From: Octopus sinensis
Lineage: Eukaryota
Length of the DNA: 64,000 nt
Assembly: GCF_006345805.1 (NCBI RefSeq)
Contig: NC_042997.1
Span: 140,430,001 to 140,494,000, forward strand
Direction: 5' to 3'
Below are positions 48,931 to 62,354 of the stretch, piece by piece (positions within the stretch are counted from its first letter, which is position 1; every line of letters starts with the position of its first letter). Below the pieces are notes generated by a model, which did no database searches, had not been told where the DNA came from, and saw only the letters and a list, made by a program, of their open reading frames with translations. Both the position numbers and the translations under genes were made by a program.

Positions 48931-50748
48931 TCATGCTAAAGTTAGAAACAATTATTAACATTATTTCGCTGTTGTTGTTGTTGTTGTTGTTTTGTTGTGT
49001 TGGTTGTATGGACCCCTTTGTCATGGGCCCACAGCCATTTGTTTTATTCTCTGCTTTGTTTCTTGATTGTAATTGGCTGTAAATAAATGAATTGAAGTGA
49101 AATTAATTTAAAACTTAAGTTATTTGAATATTTAATTAAAGTATTGAAATGAAGAGTTTACAATTCATTTTCTCCATCTGTAGGATGGGTATTAACGAGA
49201 CTAGCAATTTTAGATTAGATAAGTCTACATGTTTGCTTCATCATTCACGTCGTCATCGTCATCATCATTACCAATATCAACATCATTTAACACCCACTGA
49301 ACCATTTAACAGGATCTGGTGAGCTGCAGGACTGCGTCAAGCATCAATGTCATGTTTGACATCGTTTGTATAGCTAGTGTTTATTGGGTGGCTTTTGTGT
49401 GCCATGGTACTAGTGTAGTTAAACTCGCAAGACAGGAATAAGCCCTGTCAAATAAGAGGTGACAGGGAGTGGTGTAAGGAAATAGTCTATCTTTTACCAA
49501 ATAGAAATATTGCCATTATTCATTTATAAAATAAATTTGTACATGTCCACTGATAAACAAATAAACAGGTTTGGTGACTTAACTCATATCCTTTTCCACC
49601 AAAAAACATCAAGGTAAAATGCATGTGATACAGAACTAGCAAAGAGAAACCGCTTGCCTCAACACCTCATTGCTTTATAACAAGGTACTGATCCAAGACT
49701 GATAGGTCAACTGATATGACCAGTTTTATGCAATTACAAGTTGAAAGGACTGAATTATCATAATGTATTATCTTTCTAGAGTAGACTTACACTTTATTAA
49801 TGATTTGTTTAATTAGTGATTTGATCAGTTTCGCAAGATGAATGTTACCATATAATTTCAAAGTATTTTGAAGAATTATTTATGGGCTGAGGAGTACATG
49901 GAGGACCCCAGGTGCCACTTCATGTGCTTCGGCCAGTAGTTGGCCTTGTGTGAGTGTGTGCGTATTCTATGTTATGCTAAGAAATGGTTCAAGGGTACCA
50001 GAATTTTTGACTCAGGACAAATATAATGAACTTCATATCATTATTAAAGTATCCACATAAGTTAAGTATTTGTCGATAAGCAATGCCCTATACTTTTTTA
50101 CCCTTTTTTGTACTCATTGAACCGTTATTTTGTGAAATGAAGCCTAAAAGGCATTAAGGCATTCAAGGCACTGTTCCCTTGCACGCATGAAGAAGTAGGG
50201 AAAATCTATGTGAACTTTCAAAAAATATAGCAGAAAAATCAATTTGCTATGTGTGCCACATATGATGTAATTAACCAATTTTTTCCAGTAATAACATATC
50301 CTATTGGAATCAAAAGGGCCATGATGCTCGCTGTGAATTTCAAAAAAAATTCCCGCCAATTTGTTAAAGATATTGTTGAAAATATGTCATCTTGAATTTG
50401 AACGCGATTTCCCAAAATAGGGCATTGCTTATCTTACATACCCGGGCAACACCGGGCTATGCTGCTAGTCTAATCTAAATTTGCTAGTCTCGTTAATACC
50501 CATCCTACAGATGGAGAAAATGAATTGTAAACTCTTCATTTCAATACTTTAATTAAATATTCAAATAACTTAAATTTTAGATTAATTTCACTTCAATTCA
50601 TTTATTTACAGCCAATTACAATCAAGAAACAAAGCAGAGAATAACACAAATGGCTGTGGGTCCATGACAAAGGGGTCCATACAACCAACACAACAAAACA
50701 ACAACAACAGCAAAATAATGTTAATAATTGTTTCTAACTTTAGTATGA
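48931..50748. repeat. ~290-bp inverted repeat pair with ~1.25-kb spacer
   Basis: 48931-~49220 is the reverse complement of ~50469-50748 with few mismatches. Confidence 0.85.
50430..50468 (+). mobile_element. Helitron 3' terminus
   Basis: CATACCCGGGCAACACCGGGCTATGCTGCTAG|T; same family as 25490-26024. Confidence 0.75.
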
Positions 50749-50834
50749 GACCTGAAAGCTGGAAGAATAGGGTTTGTTAATTAAATCAGCCTTAGTACTT
50801 GATTATGCTTTATTGTCCATGTGCTGTTAGATCA

Positions 50835-51026
50835 TGTGAACTCAATAAAGCCATCCATATAGTTCACGATAGAAAAAGAAAAAGACAATCGGCTAGTATT
50901 CCTGGGCATATTAATAACAAGTACCAGATATGGATTCAGGACATCCGTATAACGCAAGCCGACCTTCACTGAACGATAACTCAACTTCAGTTCCCACCAT
51001 CCATACACTGTAAAGAGAGGTCTCAG
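50835..51026 (+). pseudogene. Penelope-like RT C-terminal fragment
   Basis: SIKPSI*FTIEKEKDNRLVFLGILI..TSV*RKPTFTER*LNFSSHHPYTVKRG. Confidence 0.8.
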
Positions 51027-51217
51027 TCTCTCTCTCTCTATATATATATATATCAATTTACCTCAATTGATCAATAGACCAACTGAATAAACCTATCTAT
51101 AATGACTACTGGAAACATCTGTAAGTCAAATTTGCTACAATAAAGGAATTATATGTAATGATCATTATTTTGACTTGTCTATATATATATACATGTACAT
51201 ATATATATATATATATA

Positions 51218-51771
51218 CGAGGGTGAATCAAAAAGTAATGCCATTTTGTTTAGGTCAGGTATAATTACCAACACTGGAACATGTATCATATATCAAAATT
51301 AAGCTGGTTCTCTGTGGATCACATCCTTACTTCTCAACATAGTCACCGTTTCTCTCAATAGCAGTGTTCCACCTTCAAATGAGAGCATGTACCCTGCCCC
51401 GTAAAATTCCGTTGATTGTTCTTTGAGCCACTTCTTCACTATCTCCACACTCACCAGATTAGCACCTTTAGACTATCATCTTTTCAGTGCCACGAAAGAG
51501 GGTTTGAGTGGCAAACATTATTCTAGTGATGAGGAAGTGAAAACTGTAGTGAAGAAGTGGCTCAAAGAACAGTCAACAGAATTTTACGGGGCAGGGATAT
51601 ATGCTCTCATTCGAAGGTGGAACATTGCTATTGAGAGAAACGGTGACTGTGTTGGGAAGTAGGGATGTGATCCACAGAGGACCAGCTTCATTTTGATGTA
51701 TGATACATGTTCCTGTGTTGGTAATTATATCTATCCTAAACAAAATGGCATTACTTTTTGACTCACCCTCG
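51218..51771. mobile_element. Mariner-derived fold-back element made of two right ends
   Basis: TIR CGAGGGTGAATCAAAAAGTAATGCCATTTTGTTTAGG, TA TSDs, ~225-bp arms; + strand encodes LAPLDYHLF..DEEVKTVVKKWL..RWNIAIERNGD. Confidence 0.9.
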
Positions 51772-52396
51772 TATATATACATACATATATATATATACTA
51801 CTAATATAGGATGAAGTTTTTTTCTCTACAGAAAAAAATTCCATCAAGAAATGTGGCAGCATATTAAAATACCTTTACGGTTAAAATTATAAACAACCTA
51901 TATATATGTATATATGACTTTTACCAGACTAGGCTTGTTGCATTCCTGTAAGAGTCATGTAAGATGAAATACATGAATATGCCCTCTACTTTACATAATG
52001 ATTATCTTTCTTTGTAGGTCCTTTCATTTCTTTCACTAAAATTATGTATGTGTGTTTATCTATACATGTATATACATGTATACTTATATGCATATATAAA
52101 TATGTATGTACCACCACCACTATCATCGTCACCAACATCATTGTTAATATTTTAACATCCACTTTTCAATGCTTGCATGGGTCACATAGAATATATTGAA
52201 GCAAATATTCTATGGCTGGATGGCGCTCCTGTTGCCAACCTTCACCTTTTTTTATGCAAAGTAATATTTCTCCATGCCTAGATATGATTTTTCATGGAAG
52301 ACTAGAAACAAATATCCTTCCTTGTGTGACAATGATGCTCATTTAACACACACAACACACATACACACACCACACAGATACACACACACCACACAG

Positions 52397-52431
<35 letters not shown>

Positions 52432-52771
52432 TGTACATATACAATGGACTTCTTTCATTTTATCGCAACCAAGTCCATTCACAAGGCTTTGGTCATTCAT
52501 GGATTATAGTAGAAGACACTTGCTCAAGATGCCACAGTGTAGGACTGAACCTGAGACTACATAGTTAGGAATCAAGCTCTTAAACACGTAGCCATGTCCA
52601 CTAAGAAATAACTGAGGAGTTAAAGGTATACCAGCTGAAGCTATTGAGCATGATGAGGACGTAGAGGCTGATTTTGTGACCATAGTAATTGTCTACGCAT
52701 GGAATGGCTCGCCAGTTACATGAGAATGGAGAGACGTAACACACTTTTAAAAATATACCAAAGTAAGAAAG

Positions 52772-52995
52772 GCGGCGAGCTGGCAGAAACACTAGCATGC
52801 CGGGCAAAATGCTTAGTGGCATTTCCTCTGTCTTTATGTTCTGAGTTCAAATTCTGCTGAGGTCAGCTTTGCCTTTCATCCTTTCGGGGTCATTAATTCA
52901 TTTTAATTAAGTACCAGTTGCATATGGAGGTCGATCTAATTGACTGGCCCCATCCCCCAAAATTTCAGGCCTTGTGCCTAGAGTAGAAAAGAATA
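52772..52995 (+). mobile_element. Family-2 SINE
   Basis: Well-preserved GGCGGCGAGCTGGCAGAA..GCCTAGAGTAGAAAAGAA. Confidence 0.8.
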
Positions 52996-53809
52996 TACAA
53001 AAGTAAGCATCTCAAGTCATATCTTTAGCTATCGCATTTTCACTGCAAGTATACTTCAACACATTCAGTACCACTCCTGTCACTACAAACACTACTTGCA
53101 TTACCACTTCCACCATCAGCACCACTACCAACGCCTCCACAAAAGCTAGCAATTATTATGAACCAACAAAGCATTATTTACGAGGTTGAGAAATAGCACC
53201 CAGTTTCTCTCAAATTGCTCCATACTCCCTAAAAGCTTGGGAACGTCACTTGAAGGCTTTATTATAGCATTCAAACTATAACCAGTCACAGATGAGCTGG
53301 GACTAATCAATCATGGCAACAACAACTGTTGTTAATACCAGGACAAAATTTGATAGGTGCATTTCAGTAAGTTCCTTCAATTACAATGTAACAGGTATGA
53401 TGCAATATTTGAAACAAATTACAAATATATACAAATAATTGCGAAATAGTGCAATGTATTTGAAGAGTGCTGGACCGAGGAAGTAGCTATGCATGCAAAC
53501 ACTGAAATGAAAAACAGTCAGTAGGTCTGTACTTTTTGCAATTAAAGAAAACTATCTTTGTGAGTGTGTATGGAAAAGTATTTGGGTATGATGTGAGATA
53601 CATGTAGATATTCTATATGTAAGAAGAGTCAACTTTAAACCTACATGCACACACACACACATACATACCTACATTACATTACATTACATATATATTTACT
53701 TACACACATACATTTTCTACTTCACAATTTTAGATTGTTAAAATCCCATTGATTTATATACATTTATAACATTGATGAACAAAAAAATTATTGAGACTAG
53801 TTTGGTATG

Positions 53810-54760
53810 ATACAGTTCTATATTTAAGAGATGAGGAATTATGTACATTATTAAAATTATTTACATTCAATGGATATTTGTCCTCATCTTGTTTGTTGTT
53901 AACAACATTTTGGCTGATATACCCTCCAGCCTTCTTCAGGTGTCATGGGAAAATTTCCTGAGGTATTTTTATTATTATTGTTGTTCAGGTCACTGCTTGG
54001 AATTGAACTTGGAATCTTGGGGTTAGTAGCCCATGCTCTTAACCATTATGCCATATGCCTGTGGGAAACTATAGAGTGAATTTTATGGCTTATAAATCTA
54101 ATATTTTTTCTATCCTTCCTTAATACCGGTCCCATATACTGCTCATATCTGCACTCAGTCTGATTAGGCAGTTGTTGTGCCCTAGCATATGTATTTCTTC
54201 TTTTAGTTTTCGTATTTTCTAGTGGTGTTCTTTGTCTTTTATTTTAACTTCATCCCTTAGGGGGAGGTGGTCTCCATTTTTCCATACATGATCAGCTATA
54301 CCAGATTTATCAATATCACCTCATGTCACAGCCTTGCGATGTTTGTCTACTCTTATTTTGAGGGGGCGGCATGTTTCATCGTTGTATAACCTATCACAGC
54401 TGCATGGGATGGAGTACACGCAGTCTTTGGTCATATTCTCTTCTATTGGTGGTTTTACTCTTGAATACTGTCTTGATGTCATATGAGCTGCATATCTTTT
54501 GCATCTTTTAGGAGAGGCCTTTAACACAGGGTAGACAGACTATGGACAGTTTTTTGGCCTCATCCTCTCTCTTCTTCATAATTGGAGTGGATAGTATACT
54601 TTTGGAGTAGTTGTTGCTTAACAGATTGTTTGAGCTTGATCATTTCTTCGTGATGTGTATCACAATTGCTACTTATATTCTTGGCACAATGTTTTAGGCA
54701 CTGAGCAATCCCTCTCTTTACACTGTATGGATGGTGGGAATTGAATTCAATGTCACCAGA
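53810..54760 (-). mobile_element. 5'-truncated Penelope-like element (RT thumb + GIY-YIG + 3' terminal region)
   Basis: FNSHHPYSVKRGIAQCLKH; VYSIPCSCDRLYNDETCRPLKIRVDKHRKA..SGIADHVWK..HLPL.DEVKI..KIRKLKE; decayed HHR at ~53903-53943. Confidence 0.85.
53989..54058 (-). other. tRNA-like Pol III head within the PLE 3' region (not a functional tRNA)
   Basis: GGCATATGGCATAATGGTTAAGAGC (A box)..GGGCTACTAACCCC..AAGTTCAATTCC (degenerate B box). Confidence 0.6.
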
Positions 54761-54944
54761 CCCTCTCCACATGCACACATTTACACACTTTCACATACAC
54801 ACCTTTGTTTTGGGATCACCAATACTTTATTATCTCCCCTTCTTCCCAGCTCTCCTGTCTAACTACCTTTGTCCAGCCAGCCACCATGATTGACTGCTAG
54901 CTCTAAAAGATTTTTATTCTCTTGCTGTTTATTTCCTCATGTTC

Positions 54945-54981
54945 TTTTCTGTTGAAGAGCTTAGGCTTGAAACATAAGACT
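54945..54981 (+). other. Hammerhead-like motif with variant core in another PLE terminal fragment
   Basis: CTGTTGA-A-GAGC(TTAG)GCTT-GAAA-CATA: CUGUUGA instead of CUGANGA; probably inactive. Confidence 0.4.
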
Positions 54982-55420
54982 TTCTCACCTTACCGAGCAT
55001 TAAACTAATACACCTGTTTGTTGATTATACGCCTGTCTTATAATATATATTTATATGTATGTGTGGCATATTGGGCAAGTGTCTTCTATGATTCCTATGG
55101 GTGCACTAAAGCCTTGTGAGTGGACTTAGTAGACAGAAACTGAAAGAAACCTGAAGTAGATGTGTGTGTGTGTGTGTGTGTGTGTCGCCTCTAGTCTTGA
55201 CATTGCATAAAAGTTGTAAATGAGTGTCACTGTCATACAAGCAGTGTCATTTTATTTCTAACAATATTCTGTGTAAGCATATTCTCGCTATGGGAAAATA
55301 ATAGGCTGCTTGAAAACAGATGGGGTTGGCAACAAGAAGGGGCATTTCTTCATAGAAAATTTGCCTCAATAAATTCTGTCCAGACCATGCAAGCATGGAC
55401 ATTAAAACGATGATGATGAT

Positions 55421-55451
<31 letters not shown>

Positions 55452-55580
55452 TAGAGCAGTCATCACAAGTGAGAACAATCTGCAAGCATGTATCATGCTT
55501 TTAGTTGGCCTTGTAAACATGAGCAGAACAAAGACACTTGTATCCTTAATGCAGCAGAATATGGAATACATCACAATGAG

Positions 55581-55617
<37 letters not shown>

Positions 55618-55788
55618 AAGTGAGAAAGAGGGGGGTGAGACACCAGGCTAGTATATTTATTTTGACTCTGAAAGAATGAAAGATGAAGTTCACCTTTGGA
55701 GGATTTAACTCTGAGTGTAGAGAATCAAAACAAATGCCATGATGCATTCTATCAGACATTCTTACTACTTTACCAATCCACTTCCTTA

Positions 55789-55862
<74 letters not shown>

Positions 55863-55873
55863 ATATATATATA

Positions 55874-55919
<46 letters not shown>

Positions 55920-55922
55920 ATG

Positions 55923-55973
<51 letters not shown>

Positions 55974-55974
55974 T

Positions 55975-56600
55975 CTTTTACTTGTTTCAGTCATTTGACT
56001 GCGGCCATGCTGGAGCACCGCCTTTAATCGAGCAACTCGACCCCGGGACTTATTCTTTTGTAAGCCCAGTACTTATTCTATCGGTCTCTTTTGCCGAACC
56101 GCTAAGTAACGGGGACATAAACACACCAGCACCGGTTGTTAAGCAATGCTAGGGAGGGACAAACACAGACACACAAACATACACACGCATATGACGGGCT
56201 TCTTTCAGTTTCCGTCTACCAAATCCACTCGCAAGGCTTTGGTCAGCCTGAGGCTATAGTAGAAGACACTTGCCCATATATATATGTATATCTCTCTCTC
56301 TCTATATATATATATATGCATATATATATGTATATATATCATCATCATCGCTTAATGTCTGCCTTCCATGTAGATACATTCTTTTATTCTTCTACTTGTT
56401 TCAGTCATTTGACTGTCGCCATGCTGGAGCACCAACTTTAGTGAAGCAAATCAACCCAAAGACTTATTCTTTGTAAACCTAGTACTTATTCTATTGGTCT
56501 TTTTTGCCAAACCGTTAAGTTACAGGAATTTAAACACACCAGCGTCGGTTGACAAGCGATGTTGGGGGACAAACACAGACACACAAACATATACACACAC
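55975..56600 (-). mobile_element. Family-1 SINE copy plus a second 3'-domain copy
   Basis: TTTCAGTCATTTGACTGCGGCCATGCTGGAGCACC and GGGCTTCTTTCAGTTTCCGTCTACC motifs. Confidence 0.75.
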
Positions 56601-56604
56601 ACAC

Positions 56605-57395
56605 ACATCATCATCATCATCGTTTAACGTCCGTTTTCCGCGCTAGCACGGGTTGGACGGTTCGACCGGGGTCTGGGGAGCCAAGGGCTGCCCCAGGCTC
56701 CAGTCTGATCTGGCAGTATTTCTACAGCTGGATGCCCTTCCTAACGCCAACCACTCCGCGAGTGTAGTGGGTGCTTTTTATGTGCCACCTGCACAGGTGC
56801 CAGAGGGGTCTGGCATTGGCCACGATCAGTTGGTGCTTTTTTTTTTTTGTGCTACCGGCACAGAAGCCAGTCAAGGCGGTGCTGGCATCAGTCACGTTCG
56901 GATGGTGCTTTTTATGTGCCACCGGCACAGAAGCCAGTCGGGGCGGTGCTGGCATCGGCCACGTTTGGATGTTGCTTTTTATGTGCCACCGGCACAGAAG
57001 CCATTTGAGGCGGGGTTAGCATCGGTCACGTTCGGATGGTGCTTTTTATGTGCCACCGGCACAGAAGCCAGTGGATGCTGCACTGGCAACGGCCACGTTC
57101 GGATGGTGCTTTTTATGTGTCACCGGCACAGGTATCACAACTACTGTTTCCATTGATATTTGGTTCGATGTTCATGTACATGCACTTGACTCAACAGGTC
57201 TCCTCAAGCACAGCGAGATGTTCCAGGATCCCACGATCGGTTGGTGCTTTTTATGTGCCACCGGCACAGAAGCCAGTCGAGGCGGTGCTGGCATCGGTCA
57301 CGTTCGGATGGTGCTTTTTATGTCCCACTGGCACAGAAGCCAGTCGGGGCGGTGCTGGCATCGGCCACGTTCGGATGTTGCTTTTTATGTGCCAT
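56605..57395 (-). mobile_element. (GAT)n-tailed retroposon carrying a 67-bp minisatellite
   Basis: CATCATCATCGTTTAACG tail and CAGCTGGATGCCCTTCCTAACGCC motif; repeat units start at 56904, 56971, 57038 and 57105. Confidence 0.7.
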
Positions 57396-57444
57396 ATGTA
57401 TATATATATATATATATATATATTACAAACTTCTTTCAGTTTTC

Positions 57445-57850
57445 GCCTTTGGTGTTATGGGCATGTTCATTGAGCTCTCTCTCAACAACGCTCCTCATGT
57501 AATAGTCCAATGGATTGAGATCTGGGGAATTAGGAGGCCAAATATTCAGGGTTATGTGATCATGAAAATTTTCAGACATCCATTCCTATGTTACTAGAGC
57601 CATGTGTAATAGTGCAAAGTCTTACTAAAACACAGATGACCTTCCATTATATACACTGCCTATCCAGGGCTTAACAACTGTTTCTAGGACCTCACTATAG
57701 GTGACAGAGTTAACTCTAAGGCCTTGTGGACAGAAGTAAGGAGGCATCACATGTCCTTTGCTGATAACCCCTAAAGCCATGACAGTTGCAGGGAATTTTG
57801 TATACATAACACTTGGAACTCGAGAAGGATCTGCACATAACTTCATTATA
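57445..57850 (-). pseudogene. maT-type (DD37D) Tc1/mariner transposase fragment
   Basis: KFPATVMALGVIS..VF**D-x37-D with WPPNSPDLNPLDYY; 37 residues counted between the last two Asp. Confidence 0.8.
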
Positions 57851-60163
57851 TTCAGAATTTATTGGAACAAAGGTAGTGTATTTCAATACAAACAAAAGGG
57901 TTAAGAACGTGACAGCTGGAGGGAGAGAAGGGTACACTAGCATTCCTTAAGTACTTATTTTTGGTAAGTAAACTGGAAGAACATGAATTGAAATACCTTG
58001 GCTAAGGACACATTAAACTATCTGTCCAGGAATTGAACCTACGATGTTATGATCATGAAAAAACAATGTAGTTGAGAAGCAAACTTCTCACCACACATCC
58101 ACACCTAAGATATTCACTTACACAAGTAAACATCAAATCTGAAACATCATTTGACTTGGGTGCTTGAGATAACATTGCAGCTTGTGTATGAAACTGCAGC
58201 ATAGCTTGTACATTGTCATGCAAGCTTTAGTTAAGTCTGAGTATGACTATAAACTACATCTGGTAGTGGGACCCTGGTTTTAGGGTTTGAGGAGTGTGGA
58301 ACTATCTCTTAGCCACTATTGTTCCCAGGTTTATTCTGACCTGGTGTGGTAGCACCTATAAGTGTCCCAGCTCTGGGTTAACTAGCAACAGTCCCCTTGC
58401 GACTGGGGTGGGGGATATCAGCAGAATGCAGTTGCTATATTCCCTGCGTGGCATGAGAGGCAACTAAAAGGGGCAGGAATGAGGGGACTGGGAATCCTCT
58501 CCTCCTAGTGAATCCATATTCCTAAAAAGACAGCAAGAAAAAAAAATGTGCTAGGAAATGAATAGAATACCTTGTGTGTGTCTTGTTGTGGCTATCCCCT
58601 TCAAAAAAATCTGGAATAGGCCTGGGTATGTGTTAGCACATTTAAGGTAAGAATGAGATGATTGAATATGAGTGTTTGGATGTTAATGATTTGGCTGTTA
58701 TTTTCAGTAGCTTAAGCAACCATATATCCTCTGTCGCTTTCTGTAGGTCATTTCACTAATTCTATAGTTTATGAATGGAGAGCAATGGCCCTCTGTGGGT
58801 CACTTTCAAAAGAGTCCATATTTACCTTTTCAAAGTGACCCTCATCTGCATTGAAGAATTTCCTCACCACTACCATAAATTCAGTAAATAGATATTGCAA
58901 ATATTGGGGGTCACTTTCATTTTTACAATTTCCTATAGATTCTAGAGAATTTCTTAGTGTTACAAAGAATTCTGAAGGACAAAGTGGATGTGTTTTTTCT
59001 TTATAGTATGCTACCCTCTATCTTCTGCATCCTTGTTGTAATTCCACCATTTCTTTGAGATATATTATTCGTGAGATGGTGTGCAGTACAGCAAGTCTCC
59101 TACAGGTTTATATTGTGTTCTATAAATACAGACACTGAAAACTATTTTACAACAAACAAGGCGGCAGACATATTTGTTTGTACAAGCTTATGTTCTTTTC
59201 TTCAGTTTTTATACGTTAATGTATGCATTCAGTAAACTGTACAAATATACATAGATAAATGTATAGCGAATATTTTAGACTAGGAATGAACGTAATATTA
59301 GTATATTGAATCAACTACAAAAATAGTAGCAACAGGTATTTTACTGGAGCCAAGATTGAGTAATTAAAGGTAAAATTATCATGTCAACAACATTGCTATT
59401 TAAAATGCACAGAGATGTCCATAAACATTGCAAAAATAAATTAGTTCTCTTGTTGTTAGAATAGGCCTTTTTCATAATATAAAAACAGATACATTTTAAA
59501 CAAATCAAACAAGCACACCCATAAATCTATCTCTTTTGATATATACATAAATATAGATGTATATATGTATTTATGTGTGCTTGCGCATCTCCATTTGTGT
59601 ACAAATGCATACATACCAATATACATATATATATATATATAAAGTAATATAGGTTTCAATGAAAAGCAACTTTTGAGATATTGACAATCAAAACAAATAA
59701 TTTTCTTCAATATATTTTGGGAAAGAATCTCTCATACAGAATATACAATATAATATATAAATGGCAGCGAGCTGGCAGAAACGTTAGCATGCTGGGTGAA
59801 ATACTTAGTGGTATTTCATCTGTCTTTACGATCTGAGTTCAAATTCTGCTGAGTTTGACTTTGCCTTTCGGGGCTGATAAATTAAGTAGCAGTTGCATAC
59901 TGGGGTCAATCTAATCCACTGCTTCCCTCCCGCCAAATTTCAAGCCTTGTGCCTAGAGTAGAAAAGAATATATAATATATAGATACTAAAAATTCATATA
60001 AAATATATAAATATGAATATATAAAATACAAAATGCACATTCGTGTGAGATTGTTTGAATCTGTTCAAAAACATAAAAAGGTTGGATGTTAAATGTACAG
60101 TCAATGCATTGCAAAGTCCTAAATATTAAATCCTAAATTTATATATATGTATATATATATATA

Positions 60164-60556
60164 GGCGCAGGAGTGGCTGTGGTAAGTAGCTTGCTAACCA
60201 ACCACATGGTTCCGGGTTCAGTCCCACTGCGTGGCATCTTGAGCAAGTGTCTTCTGCTATAGCCTCGAGCCGACCAATGCCTTGTGAGTGGATTAGGTAG
60301 ACAGAAACTGAAAGAAGCCCGTCGTATATATGTATATATATATGTATATGTGTGTATGTGTGTGTATGTTTATCCCCCTCGCATTGCTTGACAACCGATG
60401 CTGGTGTGTTTATGTCCCCGTTACTTAGCGGTTTGGCAAAAGAGACCGATAGAATAAGTACTGGGCTTACAAAAGAATAAGTCCCGGGGTCGAGTTGCTC
60501 GATTAAAGGCGGTGCTCCAGCATGGCCGCAGTCAGATTACTGAAACAAGTAAAATA

Positions 60557-60623
<67 letters not shown>

Positions 60624-61345
60624 GTTTATAAATCCGAAAGAAGAAGCACATTTTAAGATGTAGAGCAGTACATATTAAATATGTATATATGTGTGTGTGT
60701 GAGTGTGTATGTGTGTGTGTGTATATATATATATATATAATATGTGTATATATATATGTATGTATGTATGTATATATATATATATATATGTATGTATGTG
60801 TATATATATATACATATATATGTATGTATGTGTGTATATATATATATATATGTATGTATATATATATGTATGTATATATGCATGCATGCATTCATTCATT
60901 CATACATACATACATACATACACACACACTCACACACACATACATTGTGTGGTAAGTAGCTTGCTAACCAACCACATGGTTGCGGGTTCAGTCCCACTGC
61001 GTGGCATCTTGGGCAAGTGTCTTCTGCTATAGCCCCGGGCCGACCAATGCCTTGTGAGTGGATTTGGTAGACGGAAACTGAAAGAAGCCTGTCGTATATA
61101 TGTATGTATATATATATATGTGTGTGTGTGTGTGTTTGTGTGTCTGTGTTTGTCACCCTAGCATTGCTTGACAACCGATGCTGGTGTGTCTACGTCCCCG
61201 CCACTTAGCGGTTCGGCAAAAGAGACCGATAGAATAAGTACTGGGCTTACAAAGAATAAGTTCCGGGGTCGATTTGATCGACTAAAGGCGGTGCTCCAGC
61301 ATGGCCGCAGTCAAATGACTGAAACAAGTAAAAGAGTAAAAGAGA
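60164..61345 (+). mobile_element. Two family-1 SINE copies separated by microsatellites
   Basis: Copies at ~60164-60555 and ~60946-61345. Confidence 0.85.
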
Positions 61346-61624
61346 GAGAGTATATATATATATATATGTGTGTGTGGTGTGAGATAAGAAATATTTTGTC
61401 TCAGAAGAGCTAGCAAATGAATTAGTGTAAGTGGAATTTCTTATATCTTGACTAAAACATTAAATCTGTAAATTAAACTATTCACTTTATAAATATTTAA
61501 CTTGTGTAGAGTTCTTTTTAGATTTCTGGTCTTCAGGATCTTTGCATCAAAAATTCTCTCTCTCTCTCACACACACATGCATGTTGGGTTATCAGATAAA
61601 TTTGCTAATTTATTTTATTCCTTT

Positions 61625-62150
61625 CCTGTCTTTACATTCTGAGTTCAAATTCCGCCAAGGTCAACTTTGCCTTACATCCTTTCAGGGTTGATAAATTAAG
61701 TACCAGTTGCATACTGGAGTTGATCTAATTGACTAGTCCCCTCCCGCAAAACTTCAGGCTTTGTGCCTAGAGTAGAAAAGAAATGTTAGCATGCCGAGTG
61801 AAATGCTTGGTGGTATTTTGTCTGTCTTTACGTTCTGAGTTCAAATTCTGCCGAGGTCGACTTTGCCTTTCATCCATTCGGGGTCGATTAAATAAGTACC
61901 AGTTACGCACTGGGGTTAATATAATCGACTTAATCCGTTTGTCCTCTCTGTGTTTAGCCCCTTGAGGGTAGTAAAGAAATAGGTATTTTGTCTGTCTTTA
62001 CGTTCTGAGTTCAAATTCTGCCGAGATTGACTTGTCCTTTCATCCTTTTATGGTCGATAAATTAAGTACCAGTTGTGCACTGGGGTCAATCTAATCGACT
62101 GGGCCCCTCCGCCAAAATTTCGGGCCTTGTGCCTAGAGTAGAATAGAACA
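61625..62150 (+). mobile_element. Tandem cluster of three partial family-2 SINEs
   Basis: TTCTGAGTTCAAATTC..TTTCATCC..AAGTACCAGTT repeated three times. Confidence 0.75.
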
Positions 62151-62354
62151 TATTAACCCGTATATTTTCATTCAGAGATACATACGTTCACTGTACTCTG
62201 AGGAATCTGTCATGTATTTCTAACGCAAAATACTTCGTTCATGATCTTGTTCTCCTTTTCTATCATTAACATCCAGTAATTAATCATTTCTATCAGTAAT
62301 TTCATAATAAATCATAAACTGATCCAAAATAATTTGTGTACTTATTCTTTATAT

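Noticed and set aside
56770-57395. CRISPR-like alternation of constant and variable segments
   Set aside because: The variable parts are homologous to each other, the context is eukaryotic and there are no cas genes; it is a minisatellite.
58395-58480. Hairpin plus CCCTGCGTG..GAGGCAACTAAAAGGGG, reminiscent of retroelement 5' ribozyme motifs
   Set aside because: Could not be folded into a complete HDV-like or twister structure by hand.
59279-59334. Possible 56-nt exon (AG...GT, open frame TRNERNISILNQLQNSSN)
   Set aside because: Weak acceptor, no recognisable protein similarity, no partner exons; would need RNA-seq.
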